Assembly (NCBI GenBank): GCA_964420015.1
Contig: CAYQPO010000002.1
Coordinates: 74,121-138,120, forward strand
DNA from: an uncultured Candidatus Saccharibacteria bacterium
GTDB taxonomy: Bacteria; Patescibacteriota; Minisyncoccia; Phycocordibacterales; SBAW01
Direction: 5' to 3'
DNA length: 64,000 bases
Part shown: one piece after another, positions 35,336 through 44,243 of the stretch
Numbering within the stretch: the stretch's first letter is position 1
Layout of the letters: every line of letters starts with the position of its first letter
Position numbers and translations under genes: made by a program
The notes under the pieces: generated by a model
Seen by the model: only the letters and a program-made list of their open reading frames with translations
The model's database searches: none
What the model was told of the DNA's origin: nothing

Positions 35336-38017
35336 ATGAAAAAACTTTGCGCTCCAGGCTTGCTGCTCGGCCTTGTATTTTTTGTGATACCTATCAGTGT
35401 AAGCGCAGCAACAGCTCCCGCGGGCTTTACTGTGCAGACCGTCGTCTCGGGCCTCTCGCTGCCAACCGACTTTGCGTTTGTACCCGATGGTAGAGTTTTT
35501 GTCGCCCAAAAAGGTGGCTCGGTGCGTGTGATAAAAAATGGCCTACTCTTGCCTACGCCGCTCATTACACTCCCCGACATAAACGACTTTGCCGACCGGG
35601 GATTGGAGTCTATTGTGCTCGACCCAAACTTTGCTCAAAACGGCTATCTCTATCTGGCGTATACGCATGAAAACACCCCGGGCCAAAACTACAGTGGCCC
35701 CAAAACAGGACGGATTGTGCGCGTGACCGTCTCGGGTGATAGTGCCAACGTGGCTAGCGAGGCAATAATCTTGGGCGCTGTTGGGGGCGACGCAGCACAC
35801 CCCAGCTGCCGCAATTTTGCCACCACCTCTGATTGCATCCCCAGCGATGCGAGCACGCACAGCATGGGCGACATGCATTTTGGGGTAGACGGCAAGCTCT
35901 ATGCCACGCTTGGCGACGGCGCAGGGTACCTCACGGTTGACCCACTCGCGCTTGATGCGCAAGACCCAAGCAGCCTTGGGGGCAAAATTGTGCGCATCAA
36001 CACCGATGGCACTGGTGTTGCCGACAACCCGTTTTGGAGTGGCAACGCGAACGACAACCGCTCCAAGGTTTGGACGCTGGGCCACCGCAATAGCTATCGC
36101 TTTACGTTTAGACCAAACGACCAAACCATTTTCTTTGGCGACGTGGGTTGGGCTACGTGGGAGGAGCTCGACGTTGGCGCCAAGGGCGCCAACTATGGCT
36201 GGCCCTGTCGTGAGGGCCACGTGGCGACCTCGTACAACTGCACCCCTTCGAGTGCCGCCACCGAACCGATCTATGTGTATGACCATTCTTCGGGTTCTGG
36301 TTCGGTGATCGGCGGCTCGTTTCCCAGTGCTTATTTTGCGGGCAATTACTTTTTTGGCGACTACTCTAACGACTACATCAAGCGCGTCGTGCTCAACCAA
36401 GACAACACCGTCGCTTCGGTCAATGACTTTATTACTGACGCAGGCGGCCCGGTGAATATTCAAACTGGCCCCGACGGTGTGCTCTACTACGTGGCAATCA
36501 ATGTTGGTGAGCTGCGCAAGGTAGTGGCGACAAGCGGCGGTGGGGGCACGGGCACGACCACCCCGAGCGCTGACCCGATGCCGCATCTCACTTCAGCCAC
36601 AATCACCAACAACCCCGCGCAAATAGGAGCGGCGCAGACGATTACCGCCAACGTGCACAACAGCGGCGGCTCAGGACCATTTATCGTCGACATTGAAGTG
36701 GTCAATCAAAATGCACCAACCACACTCCTCGCGCAAAAAGTATACGACGGCGCAACGCTCGCGACCGGAGCCGATGGCGGCTATACGTTTGATTGGACAC
36801 CGTCTGCCGTCGGCACCTACATTGTCAAAGTCGGATTGTTTAAAGAAAACTGGGCAGGCCTGTGGGAGTGGGACGAGCCTGCGATCAGTGTTGTAGTTAG
36901 CCAAACCGGTGGAGGCGGCGGTGGCACTGGCACCACAACATCCACAGCGCCCAATCCGCACTTTGTGCAGGCTGTTGTGAGCCCTGATACAGTGATCGGG
37001 CATCAAGAGACACTTACCACGACGGTGCGCAATGACGGAGGTGCAGCGCCGTTCATCGTCGACTTAGAGGTGGTCAAAACGAGCGCACCCACGACGCTCA
37101 TCAGCCAGCAAACGTACGAAAGTGCGACGCTTGCTCAAGGTGCAAGCGGCACCTATACGCTCCAGTGGTTGCCACCCTCGATTGGTGATTACTACTTGAA
37201 AGTAGGGCTTTTCAAACAAAACTGGGCGGGGTTGTGGGAGTGGACCGAGCAAGCGCTGCCGCTGCATGTGGTTGACCGCTCAGGCACAGGGGGCACGGGC
37301 ACTACCTCGAGTGCTGCCGCTCCACATTTGGTGAGCGTGGCGGCAAGCCCCACCAGTGCTGCGGTCGGGGTGCAGCAAACCCTCACCGCCTCGGTGCTCA
37401 ACCAAGGCGGCGCGCAACCCTTTTTGGCAGACCTTGAGATATATAACTCAAGTGGTACCAAAGTTGCGCAGCAGTTCTACGACAACACAACGCTCGCCTC
37501 AGGCGGCAGCGGGCAATATACATTGCAATGGACACCGAACGCCCCCGGGCAGTATGTGCTCAAGGTTGGCTTCTTTGCTCCTGCGTGGGGAGGCGTCACT
37601 GAGTGGAATGACCAAGCACTCACCATCCAGGTGGGCGGGACTACCAGTAGCGCGCAACCGATCTTTAGTGCGCACACAACGGTGAGTGCCGATTCGATAC
37701 GCACCAGTAGTTATGGAACCGCCGACTCGGTCGAGCATGTTGCCGTTGTGGTCACCAACTCTGGCGGCGCAGGCGATATGCTGCTAGATATTGAGATTAT
37801 CAAAGATCCTTACATCTTTGGGCAAGACGTAGTCAATAACGTCCACTTCAACGCGGGAGAGACCAAAACTTTTACCTACGACTTTCCCGTGCCGTATGAG
37901 GGGCAGTATGGAGTGACCTCGGCGGGCAACTATCATGTCGACGTGGGCGTGATGCACACCGACTGGAGTAGTCCATGGGTATGGTATAACTCTGCAGCCT
38001 CGTTTACGGCAAATTAG
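35336..38017 (+). CDS. Secreted PQQ-dependent sugar dehydrogenase-like beta-propeller with four C-terminal Ig-like repeats
   Basis: DRGL..I.LDP.F, GKI.RI..DG....DNPF, G.RN.Y, GANYGWP; repeats with Y..KVG.F...W.G..EW. Confidence 0.85.
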   Translation: MKKLCAPGLLLGLVFFVIPISVSAATAPAGFTVQTVVSGLSLPTDFAFVPDGRVFVAQKGGSVRVIKNGLLLPTPLITLPDINDFADRGLESIVLDPNFAQNGYLYLAYTHENTPGQNYSGPKTGRIVRVTVSGDSANVASEAIILGAVGGDAAHPSCRNFATTSDCIPSDASTHSMGDMHFGVDGKLYATLGDGAGYLTVDPLALDAQDPSSLGGKIVRINTDGTGVADNPFWSGNANDNRSKVWTLGHRNSYRFTFRPNDQTIFFGDVGWATWEELDVGAKGANYGWPCREGHVATSYNCTPSSAATEPIYVYDHSSGSGSVIGGSFPSAYFAGNYFFGDYSNDYIKRVVLNQDNTVASVNDFITDAGGPVNIQTGPDGVLYYVAINVGELRKVVATSGGGGTGTTTPSADPMPHLTSATITNNPAQIGAAQTITANVHNSGGSGPFIVDIEVVNQNAPTTLLAQKVYDGATLATGADGGYTFDWTPSAVGTYIVKVGLFKENWAGLWEWDEPAISVVVSQTGGGGGGTGTTTSTAPNPHFVQAVVSPDTVIGHQETLTTTVRNDGGAAPFIVDLEVVKTSAPTTLISQQTYESATLAQGASGTYTLQWLPPSIGDYYLKVGLFKQNWAGLWEWTEQALPLHVVDRSGTGGTGTTSSAAAPHLVSVAASPTSAAVGVQQTLTASVLNQGGAQPFLADLEIYNSSGTKVAQQFYDNTTLASGGSGQYTLQWTPNAPGQYVLKVGFFAPAWGGVTEWNDQALTIQVGGTTSSAQPIFSAHTTVSADSIRTSSYGTADSVEHVAVVVTNSGGAGDMLLDIEIIKDPYIFGQDVVNNVHFNAGETKTFTYDFPVPYEGQYGVTSAGNYHVDVGVMHTDWSSPWVWYNSAASFTAN

Positions 38018-38032
38018 TGTCGTGTGCTCAAG

Positions 38033-38064
38033 AAAAGCGGCGCCTCAATTGAGGCGCCGCTTTT
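38033..38064. terminator. Bidirectional terminator
   Basis: AAAAGCGGCGCCTCAATTGAGGCGCCGCTTTT, a perfect palindrome between convergent genes. Confidence 0.8.
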
Positions 38065-38080
38065 GCATCAACCTTTTAGC

Positions 38081-38458
38081 CTAGCCCCTGGCCCGCACAA
38101 TGTTGCGGACTGGCTTTTGCAGGCAGTGGTTCTCAGCGAGCCGCTGCTGTTTGACCCACTGGGGCGTGTTGCCCCATTGGTCGCCCGGGTAGCTTGCGTT
38201 GCGGATATCATCGCACGTGGCTTTGACGGCACCGATCCCGCAGAGGCCCGGATGCTTCAACTCACCTAAGAACGCCACCGCAACGAAGATGCCCGCGACA
38301 CACAGGATCATGCCTCCGACAACCCCCGCACCAACACCACCGCCACCGTGGACCGCCGGAGGCTGAGGCGGCGGCGGGGACGGGTGGGCGTAAGACTGCC
38401 CGGCTAGAGCAACGAACATGAGCCCCGCGCAAGCGGTGGCAAGTACTTTTCTTTTCAT
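38081..38458 (-). CDS. Hypothetical secreted/membrane protein
   Basis: Signal peptide, Pro/Gly-rich linker, TM segment; GAGGAG RBS. Confidence 0.6.
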   Translation of the reverse strand: MKRKVLATACAGLMFVALAGQSYAHPSPPPPQPPAVHGGGGVGAGVVGGMILCVAGIFVAVAFLGELKHPGLCGIGAVKATCDDIRNASYPGDQWGNTPQWVKQQRLAENHCLQKPVRNIVRARG

Positions 38459-38562
38459 CGACGACTCCTCTTGGTCGAAGGATGCCTATTGTCCTTCTAG
38501 AAAAGAGTATGGCTGAGCCGGTGTGTAGTGCGGGTGAAGTCGAGCTTGACGCACATGATAGA

Positions 38563-38961
38563 ATGGCAGACATGGAATACACTGACGAAGAGCTCCGAAA
38601 AAAGCTCACCCCTGAGCAGTACGCAGTCTTGCGGCAGAAGGGGACTGAAGCTCCGTTTAGCGGCAAGCTCTTGCACGAAGACCGCGACGGCATGTTCAAA
38701 TGTGCGGTGTGTGGCACGCCGCTGTTTAGTTCGGATGCCAAGTTCGACTCGGGCACTGGCTGGCCGAGTTTCGACCAAGCGCTTCCCGGTGCGGTCAAGT
38801 ATATAGACGACAACGCTCACGGCATGCATCGCACCGAAGTAGTGTGCGCGCAGTGTGGCAGCCACTTGGGCCACGTGTTTAACGACGGGCCGACCAAGAC
38901 TGGCATGCGCTACTGCCTCAACTCGGTGTGCTTGGAGTTTGGCGAAGGAGAAAAAAAGTAA
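38563..38961 (+). CDS. msrB: Peptide-methionine (R)-S-oxide reductase
   Basis: GTE.PF, C..C, KFDSGTGWPSF, RTEV.C..C.SHLGHVF.DGP, RYCLNS. Confidence 0.96.
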   Translation: MADMEYTDEELRKKLTPEQYAVLRQKGTEAPFSGKLLHEDRDGMFKCAVCGTPLFSSDAKFDSGTGWPSFDQALPGAVKYIDDNAHGMHRTEVVCAQCGSHLGHVFNDGPTKTGMRYCLNSVCLEFGEGEKK

Positions 38962-38978
38962 CGCGGTATACTGAGCTC

Positions 38979-40013
38979 ATGCGTCGCTCTTTTGTGTATG
39001 CAGCAAGTGCACTTTTCTTGCTGGTACCCGTGGTTGCAAGTGCGCATGAGGTGTATGTGCTCTCTGCGCAGGACATTGCTACCGATATCGTCGCGCCTCC
39101 GTTTGATATGCTTTCGGTGGCAAAAGAAAACCTCATGAGTGTATTTTTTTGGGGTTTTGTTGCAGCACTCACTTTGTTTGTAGTTTTTTGGTTCTCCACC
39201 ATACGGCGCTTTGAGCGTGAGACCGCCGGTTTTTTGCGCCGTCTGCGGCCCTATGCCCCCGACATTGCACGCATCACGCTTGGGGTGGCGCTCTTAGCCG
39301 GGGCGTTTTACCAGGCAACTTATGGCCCAGAACTCCCCATGGCCCCTGCGTTTGGGGCCTTTGTCCCCCTGGTGCAGCTGCTGTTTTTGGTGATGGCGGT
39401 GTGCATTATTTTTGGGTTTTATGTGCGCGCAATGGCGCTCATTGGGCTTTTGTTTTTTGCCTACGCCACGTATCGCAATGGGGTATACATGCTCACCTAT
39501 ACCAACTATCTGGGCGAGCTTCTGGTGCTCCTTATCTTGGGTATGCATAAAAGTACCAAACGCTATCACCATATGCTTAGCTTTTTGCAGCAGCGCTTGG
39601 AACCCTACGCATTTGTAATTTTGCGTGCCTGTTTTGGCGTCTCGCTGTTGTATGCGGCACTCTATGCCAAAATTTGGCATAATTTACTGGCGCTCCAGGT
39701 TGCTGCAGACCCACTTGCTGACCACCTCTTTGGGGTCGCCTATTATCTCCACTTTGAACCGCACTTTTTGGTGTTGGGTGCGGCAATCATCGAGATCTTA
39801 CTTGCGCTGCTGTTTATTTTCGGCCTGGAAATACGTTTTACCGCTCTCTTTTTGGAGTTTTGGCTTACGCTTTCATTATTTTATTTCGGTGAGGTAGTTT
39901 GGCCGCACCTTATCTTGATCGGTATTCCGATTGCGTTTATGTGCTATGGCTACGATCAGTACTCGCTTGAAGGGCGCTTCTTTAAAAAGCGCTCGCTCGA
40001 ACCTGTGCTATAG
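38979..40013 (+). CDS. Polytopic membrane protein with tandem DoxX-like domains
   Basis: AHE.YV N-terminus and two LR..G modules. Confidence 0.7.
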   Translation: MRRSFVYAASALFLLVPVVASAHEVYVLSAQDIATDIVAPPFDMLSVAKENLMSVFFWGFVAALTLFVVFWFSTIRRFERETAGFLRRLRPYAPDIARITLGVALLAGAFYQATYGPELPMAPAFGAFVPLVQLLFLVMAVCIIFGFYVRAMALIGLLFFAYATYRNGVYMLTYTNYLGELLVLLILGMHKSTKRYHHMLSFLQQRLEPYAFVILRACFGVSLLYAALYAKIWHNLLALQVAADPLADHLFGVAYYLHFEPHFLVLGAAIIEILLALLFIFGLEIRFTALFLEFWLTLSLFYFGEVVWPHLILIGIPIAFMCYGYDQYSLEGRFFKKRSLEPVL

Positions 40014-40022
40014 TCCCACACC

Positions 40023-40742
40023 ATGACACTTCTTTTTATAGCCTTGGCTGCGGCACTCGCCACAATGCTTGGCGGCATGCTCGCGCTTCGGCTGAGTGAC
40101 AGGCTCCACCTTATTTTGGGCTTTAGTGCAGGCGCGGTGATCGCGGTGGCATTTTTTGACCTCTTGCCCGAGGCGTTTGACTTAGGCACAACCACCTTTG
40201 GCGTGCACACACTGACCACGTTCGTTGCGTTCGGGTTTTTGGCATACCTTGCGCTCGACCGCTTGCTCCTGTTGCATACGCACACACACGAGCTAGAAGA
40301 TGATCATGCGCGCGGACATGCCCGGGCCGGTTCGCTCTCAGTCCACAGCTTTCTCGATGGGGTTGGTATTGGTTTGGCATTTCAGGTAAATGTGGTTGTC
40401 GGTGGCGTAGTTGCTGCAGCAGTGCTCGCGCACGACTTCTCAGACGGTATCAATACGGTAAGTGCGTTTATGCGCGGTGGCGGCTCGCGCAAAGGCGCTT
40501 TGGGCTGGCTTACAATCGACGCCCTCGCACCCATTGTAGGGGTGGTACTCACGCTGTTTATTTCTGTCAGTGATGCAACTCTGGGGCTTTTGCTCGCACT
40601 TTTTGCGGGGTTCTTCCTCTACATTGGTGCGTCGGACCTTATCCCAGAGTCACACCACAAGCACCCCACTTTTTGGACTACTGCCGCGACGCTCTTGGGC
40701 GCAGCGGTCTTATTTGCCGTTATTCGTCTCGCAAATCTCTAA
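40023..40742 (+). CDS. ZIP family metal transporter
   Basis: FSAG, LLPEA, His-rich loop, HSFLDG, HDFSDG, DLIPE.H. Confidence 0.9.
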   Translation: MTLLFIALAAALATMLGGMLALRLSDRLHLILGFSAGAVIAVAFFDLLPEAFDLGTTTFGVHTLTTFVAFGFLAYLALDRLLLLHTHTHELEDDHARGHARAGSLSVHSFLDGVGIGLAFQVNVVVGGVVAAAVLAHDFSDGINTVSAFMRGGGSRKGALGWLTIDALAPIVGVVLTLFISVSDATLGLLLALFAGFFLYIGASDLIPESHHKHPTFWTTAATLLGAAVLFAVIRLANL

Positions 40743-40760
40743 CTCTGCAGTGGTATACTG

Positions 40761-40997
40761 ATGCGTATGCAAGAGCCCTTCGATACTACTCAGGCCGGGC
40801 AGCTTGATCGCATTGAGATAAAGCTCGCCGAACTCGAGGGCAAGATCGACGCGATCTTTCAGTCGACCGAAAAGATGCGCAAATACTTTCTGTGGGCGCT
40901 CATCATCACGCTCGCGGCGATTATCATTCCGCTCCTCATTTTGCCCGCGGTTATCCCGTCATTTTTAGCCTCGCAAGGGGTAGGGGTTGGATTTTAG
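40761..40997 (+). CDS. Small coiled-coil membrane protein
   Basis: KIDAI..S.EKMRKYFLW followed by a TM segment. Confidence 0.7.
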   Translation: MRMQEPFDTTQAGQLDRIEIKLAELEGKIDAIFQSTEKMRKYFLWALIITLAAIIIPLLILPAVIPSFLASQGVGVGF

Positions 40998-41085
40998 AGG
41001 GCGCTTGAAAAGCTTTAAAAGCTGTTGTAAGATACGCCTTAGCTGTTCGAAATCCTCATATTTATCAACCTTTTTTGACTACTGT

Positions 41086-42003
41086 ATGTCGTACTCGAAA
41101 CTCGTCGGGTTTTCTGCCCTTGTGTTTGCTGTTGGCCTTGTCCTCTCTCCCTTGTTTGTCTCTGCCCAAAATACAACAGGGCTTTTGAACGTGTACGTCC
41201 AAGTTCTCAACCCCGACCAAGCCAACTTTAGTTCTGCTGACTTTACCGCAAGCGTTGGCGGTTCTTTGGCGACGCCTCCGACCTTCCCCGGCTCGATCAA
41301 CGGCACGTTGGTAACGCTCAACCCAGGTTCATACTCTGTTGGCCTTACCGGCAATAGCTATGGTTTTAGCCCAAGCTACTCGCAGGGCTGCAGCGGCACG
41401 ATTGGCGCAGGTCAAAATGCGCTGTGCGTAATCACCCTCACGCGCTATGGCACCTACTATCCAACGCCAATTGCGCAGTATTATTACTACCGCCCGCAGC
41501 TCACCTGCGCGCCACAAAACCAAAACGTTCCGCTTAATGGTCAGGCGACCTTTGTTGCACAAAATGGAGTTGGGGGAACGTATAACTGGTCAGTCAATGG
41601 CCACGTATATGCCAACCAAGGCCCAACATTTACTGCTCTGATCGACTATCCAGGCTCGAGCTCGGTTACGGTGACCAATGCCGACCAAACTGCAACTTGC
41701 AATGTCTCGACCACGAACGGCTACTACGGCACATACCCCACCACTCCGGCCTACCCCCTCTATCCGTCGCAGACCTACAACTACTACGGCAATGGTGGCT
41801 ACACTAGCTATCCGTCTAGCTACGGTACCTATCCGACGAACATTGCGCCTACCGTAACCTACACGAGTTACCCGACGCTCCCGAACACGGGCTTTGAGCC
41901 AACCAATGGCGCACAAATGGCCTTTGCGGTGGTATTGCTGATCGGCGCCTTTGTGGCAAGCTACCCGTATGTCCGAAAAGCCTTTGCTCTGGCACTCCGT
42001 TAA
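41086..42003 (+). CDS. Secreted surface protein with C-terminal LPNTG sorting signal
   Basis: Signal peptide, Tyr/Pro/Thr-rich stalk, LPNTG, TM segment and RK tail. Confidence 0.78.
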   Translation: MSYSKLVGFSALVFAVGLVLSPLFVSAQNTTGLLNVYVQVLNPDQANFSSADFTASVGGSLATPPTFPGSINGTLVTLNPGSYSVGLTGNSYGFSPSYSQGCSGTIGAGQNALCVITLTRYGTYYPTPIAQYYYYRPQLTCAPQNQNVPLNGQATFVAQNGVGGTYNWSVNGHVYANQGPTFTALIDYPGSSSVTVTNADQTATCNVSTTNGYYGTYPTTPAYPLYPSQTYNYYGNGGYTSYPSSYGTYPTNIAPTVTYTSYPTLPNTGFEPTNGAQMAFAVVLLIGAFVASYPYVRKAFALALR

Positions 42004-42658
42004 TCCGACGGCCACGAAGCCTCGTCGCTTTGCGCATCACTATGTGCGCTTCGGCGCTTTGGCTGTGGGGTTGGTCTGCGTGCTGATAGGCGCAGCCGAT
42101 GTAGCTACACGAATTTCGGAGGGGACGTTTGGCACTGACGCTGCGTTTATAGCTTTCGCACCCGCCGCGGCCCTCGACAACAGTGCACTACTTGCTTCTT
42201 CAACCAAAAGTGGCGCGCTCATTCCCGCAGTCCTTACAATCCCCTCGATTGGGGTTAAGGCGCATGTGGAATTTGTGGGCAAAAAAACAGACGGTTCTAT
42301 GGGGACGCCACAAAATTTTATGGACGTTGCCTGGTACTCACTTGGGGCTAAACTCGGCGAGCCAGGGAGTGTGGTGTTTGATGGGCATGTCAACAACGCG
42401 CTCACGCAAGCGGGGGCGTTTGCCGATCTCTCTAAAGTAGAGCAAGGTGCTTACATAAGCATTGCTGACGCACAAGGCAAAACGCGTGTCTACCGGGTGA
42501 GCGAGATCAATCTCCTCGACCCCGAGGCCGATACCACCTCACTTTTTGCTACCACAGGCCCCGAACAGGTGGTGCTTATTACCTGCGATGGGGAATGGCT
42601 CAAAGATGAACACCAATTTAGCAAGCGCTTGGTAGTAGTTGCCAAACCAGCCTACTAA
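41951..42658 (+). CDS. Class F-like sortase
   Basis: L.IP.IG, WY..G...GE.G..V..GH, F..L, LITC, RL.V.A; the true start is uncertain. Confidence 0.85.
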   Translation: MWQATRMSEKPLLWHSVNPTATKPRRFAHHYVRFGALAVGLVCVLIGAADVATRISEGTFGTDAAFIAFAPAAALDNSALLASSTKSGALIPAVLTIPSIGVKAHVEFVGKKTDGSMGTPQNFMDVAWYSLGAKLGEPGSVVFDGHVNNALTQAGAFADLSKVEQGAYISIADAQGKTRVYRVSEINLLDPEADTTSLFATTGPEQVVLITCDGEWLKDEHQFSKRLVVVAKPAY

Positions 42659-42758
42659 TGCTACCCTAAGGGCGTTCAAGTAAGTCTCCGTTGCCATTGG
42701 TTTGGTCAAACGTGAGGGTCGCCTTACTACAGAACTAAGTAGTAGAATCTCGTAATCA

Positions 42759-43007
42759 ATGGCACGCAAACTCTTTGTCGGCGGTCTTCCGTACCGCACG
42801 ACGGGTGATGAGCTCCGTGACGCCTTTGCCAAAGCTGGCACAGTCGAAACGGCTTCCATCGTGACTGATCGCGAGACCGGTCGCTCCCGAGGCTTCGGCT
42901 TCGTGGAGATGGCGGATGCTGACGCTGATAGTGCTATTGCCATGTGGAATGGCAAGGAATTCGGCGGTCGCATGCTCACGGTCTCCGACGCTCGCCCGAA
43001 AGCGTAA
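42759..43007 (+). CDS. RRM RNA-binding protein
   Basis: KLFVGGL (RNP2), RGFGFVEM (RNP1). Confidence 0.95.
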   Translation: MARKLFVGGLPYRTTGDELRDAFAKAGTVETASIVTDRETGRSRGFGFVEMADADADSAIAMWNGKEFGGRMLTVSDARPKA

Positions 43008-43085
43008 AACCTTTTGGACTGAAACAAAACATCCGCCCCGCGCCTCAAAACGCAGAGCGGATTTTTTGTTTTACAATTACCCTTG

Positions 43086-43904
43086 ATGCGCAAGAGCCAA
43101 AAAGAAAAACTCGAGGCCTTGGTGATGGAGGCCCGCCGGCACTATTTCGAAGAGGGGAGAGACTTCCTGCCCTGGCGCGCCACGCGTGATCCGTACAAAA
43201 TTTTAATCAGCGAGGTAATGCTCCAACAAACACAGGTCGACCGCGTAATCCCGTATTACAAAAAATTTGTTCGCACCTATCCAACAGCTGCAGTCTTGGC
43301 CCGAGTGTCGTTTAAAAATGTGCTCTCGCACTGGCAGGGCTTGGGCTACAATCGTCGGGCGAAGTATTTGCAAAGCGCAGCAAAGATCCTTGTCAAAAAG
43401 GGCTTCCCTAAAAAAGTGGAGGAGATAGAAGAACTCCCTGGGGTAGGCCCCTATACCGCGCGTGCGATCGCCGCGTTTGCGTACAACCAACCAACGGTGT
43501 TTGTGGAGACCAACATCCGCACCGTCTTCTTTTATCATCTGGGCACGCGCGGAAAGTTCTCAGACGAGCAGCTGCTTCCATTAGTCAAGTACGCGCTTGA
43601 AAACTCTGGCCTCGACCCGCGCGAGTTTTATGCGGCGATGATGGACTACGGCACGTATTTGAAAGCCAAAGGCATTAAGCTCAACCACAAGAGCGCGCAC
43701 TATGTGAAGCAAAAACCATTTAAGGGGAGCGCTCGAGAGCTTAGAGGTGCGATTGTACGTGAGCTGCTTATCCATCGTGCAACACTTTCGACGCTTAGCC
43801 ACCACATCCCGCGCTCTAAAGAGGAGCTCGTTGGCGAACTTGCGCGCCTTGCTGCCGAAGGGCTCATTACGCTCCATGGTAGATATTTTGAGATTAAAAC
43901 GTAA
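43086..43904 (+). CDS. mutY: A/G-specific adenine glycosylase (MutY-like), lacking the 4Fe-4S cysteines
   Basis: LPWR...DPY..L.SE.MLQQTQV, W.GLGY.RRA, LPGVG.YTA.A; no CX6CX2CX5C. Confidence 0.85.
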   Translation: MRKSQKEKLEALVMEARRHYFEEGRDFLPWRATRDPYKILISEVMLQQTQVDRVIPYYKKFVRTYPTAAVLARVSFKNVLSHWQGLGYNRRAKYLQSAAKILVKKGFPKKVEEIEELPGVGPYTARAIAAFAYNQPTVFVETNIRTVFFYHLGTRGKFSDEQLLPLVKYALENSGLDPREFYAAMMDYGTYLKAKGIKLNHKSAHYVKQKPFKGSARELRGAIVRELLIHRATLSTLSHHIPRSKEELVGELARLAAEGLITLHGRYFEIKT

Positions 43905-43905
43905 C

Positions 43906-43934
43906 AACCCCTCCCGCAGGAGCGGGAGGGGTTT
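43906..43934. terminator. Terminator hairpin
   Basis: AACCCCTCCCGC-AGGA-GCGGGAGGGGTT. Confidence 0.7.
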
Positions 43935-43977
43935 ATTGTGTTTGCTTTGCGCCAGTTACGCGGCTACCAGCTAGCTG

Positions 43978-44199
43978 TCAGCGCCATTTCGAGGACAGTT
44001 TGCCCTCGCGCACCTGTATCTCAGCTTTGCGGTACACCGGTTGTGGTCTTTTTGTATAACACAGCGGTGCAGAAGCAATCCTTAGGCTCTCGAAGTACGG
44101 ATCCTTCGGCTTGTGGTGGCTCTGGATCTCAAAGGAACCGGGTCCAAAATTTACGGCTGAAGCCTCGCCGCCGCATTCAGGACAGATGACGACGATCAT
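43978..44199 (-). CDS. Hypothetical small protein with CxxC
   Basis: GGGAG RBS; ICPECG. Confidence 0.5.
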   Translation of the reverse strand: MIVVICPECGGEASAVNFGPGSFEIQSHHKPKDPYFESLRIASAPLCYTKRPQPVYRKAEIQVREGKLSSKWR

Positions 44200-44243
44200 C
44201 TTGACGACTCCCGTTGCTGTTTCCCAAAGATTTTATAGCACAC

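Noticed and set aside
35543-36586. 347-aa minus-strand ORF
   Set aside because: It is an antisense shadow of the dehydrogenase gene.
42661-42758. Structured 5' leader or riboswitch before the RRM gene
   Set aside because: Pairing is only imperfect and matches no family I can recognise.
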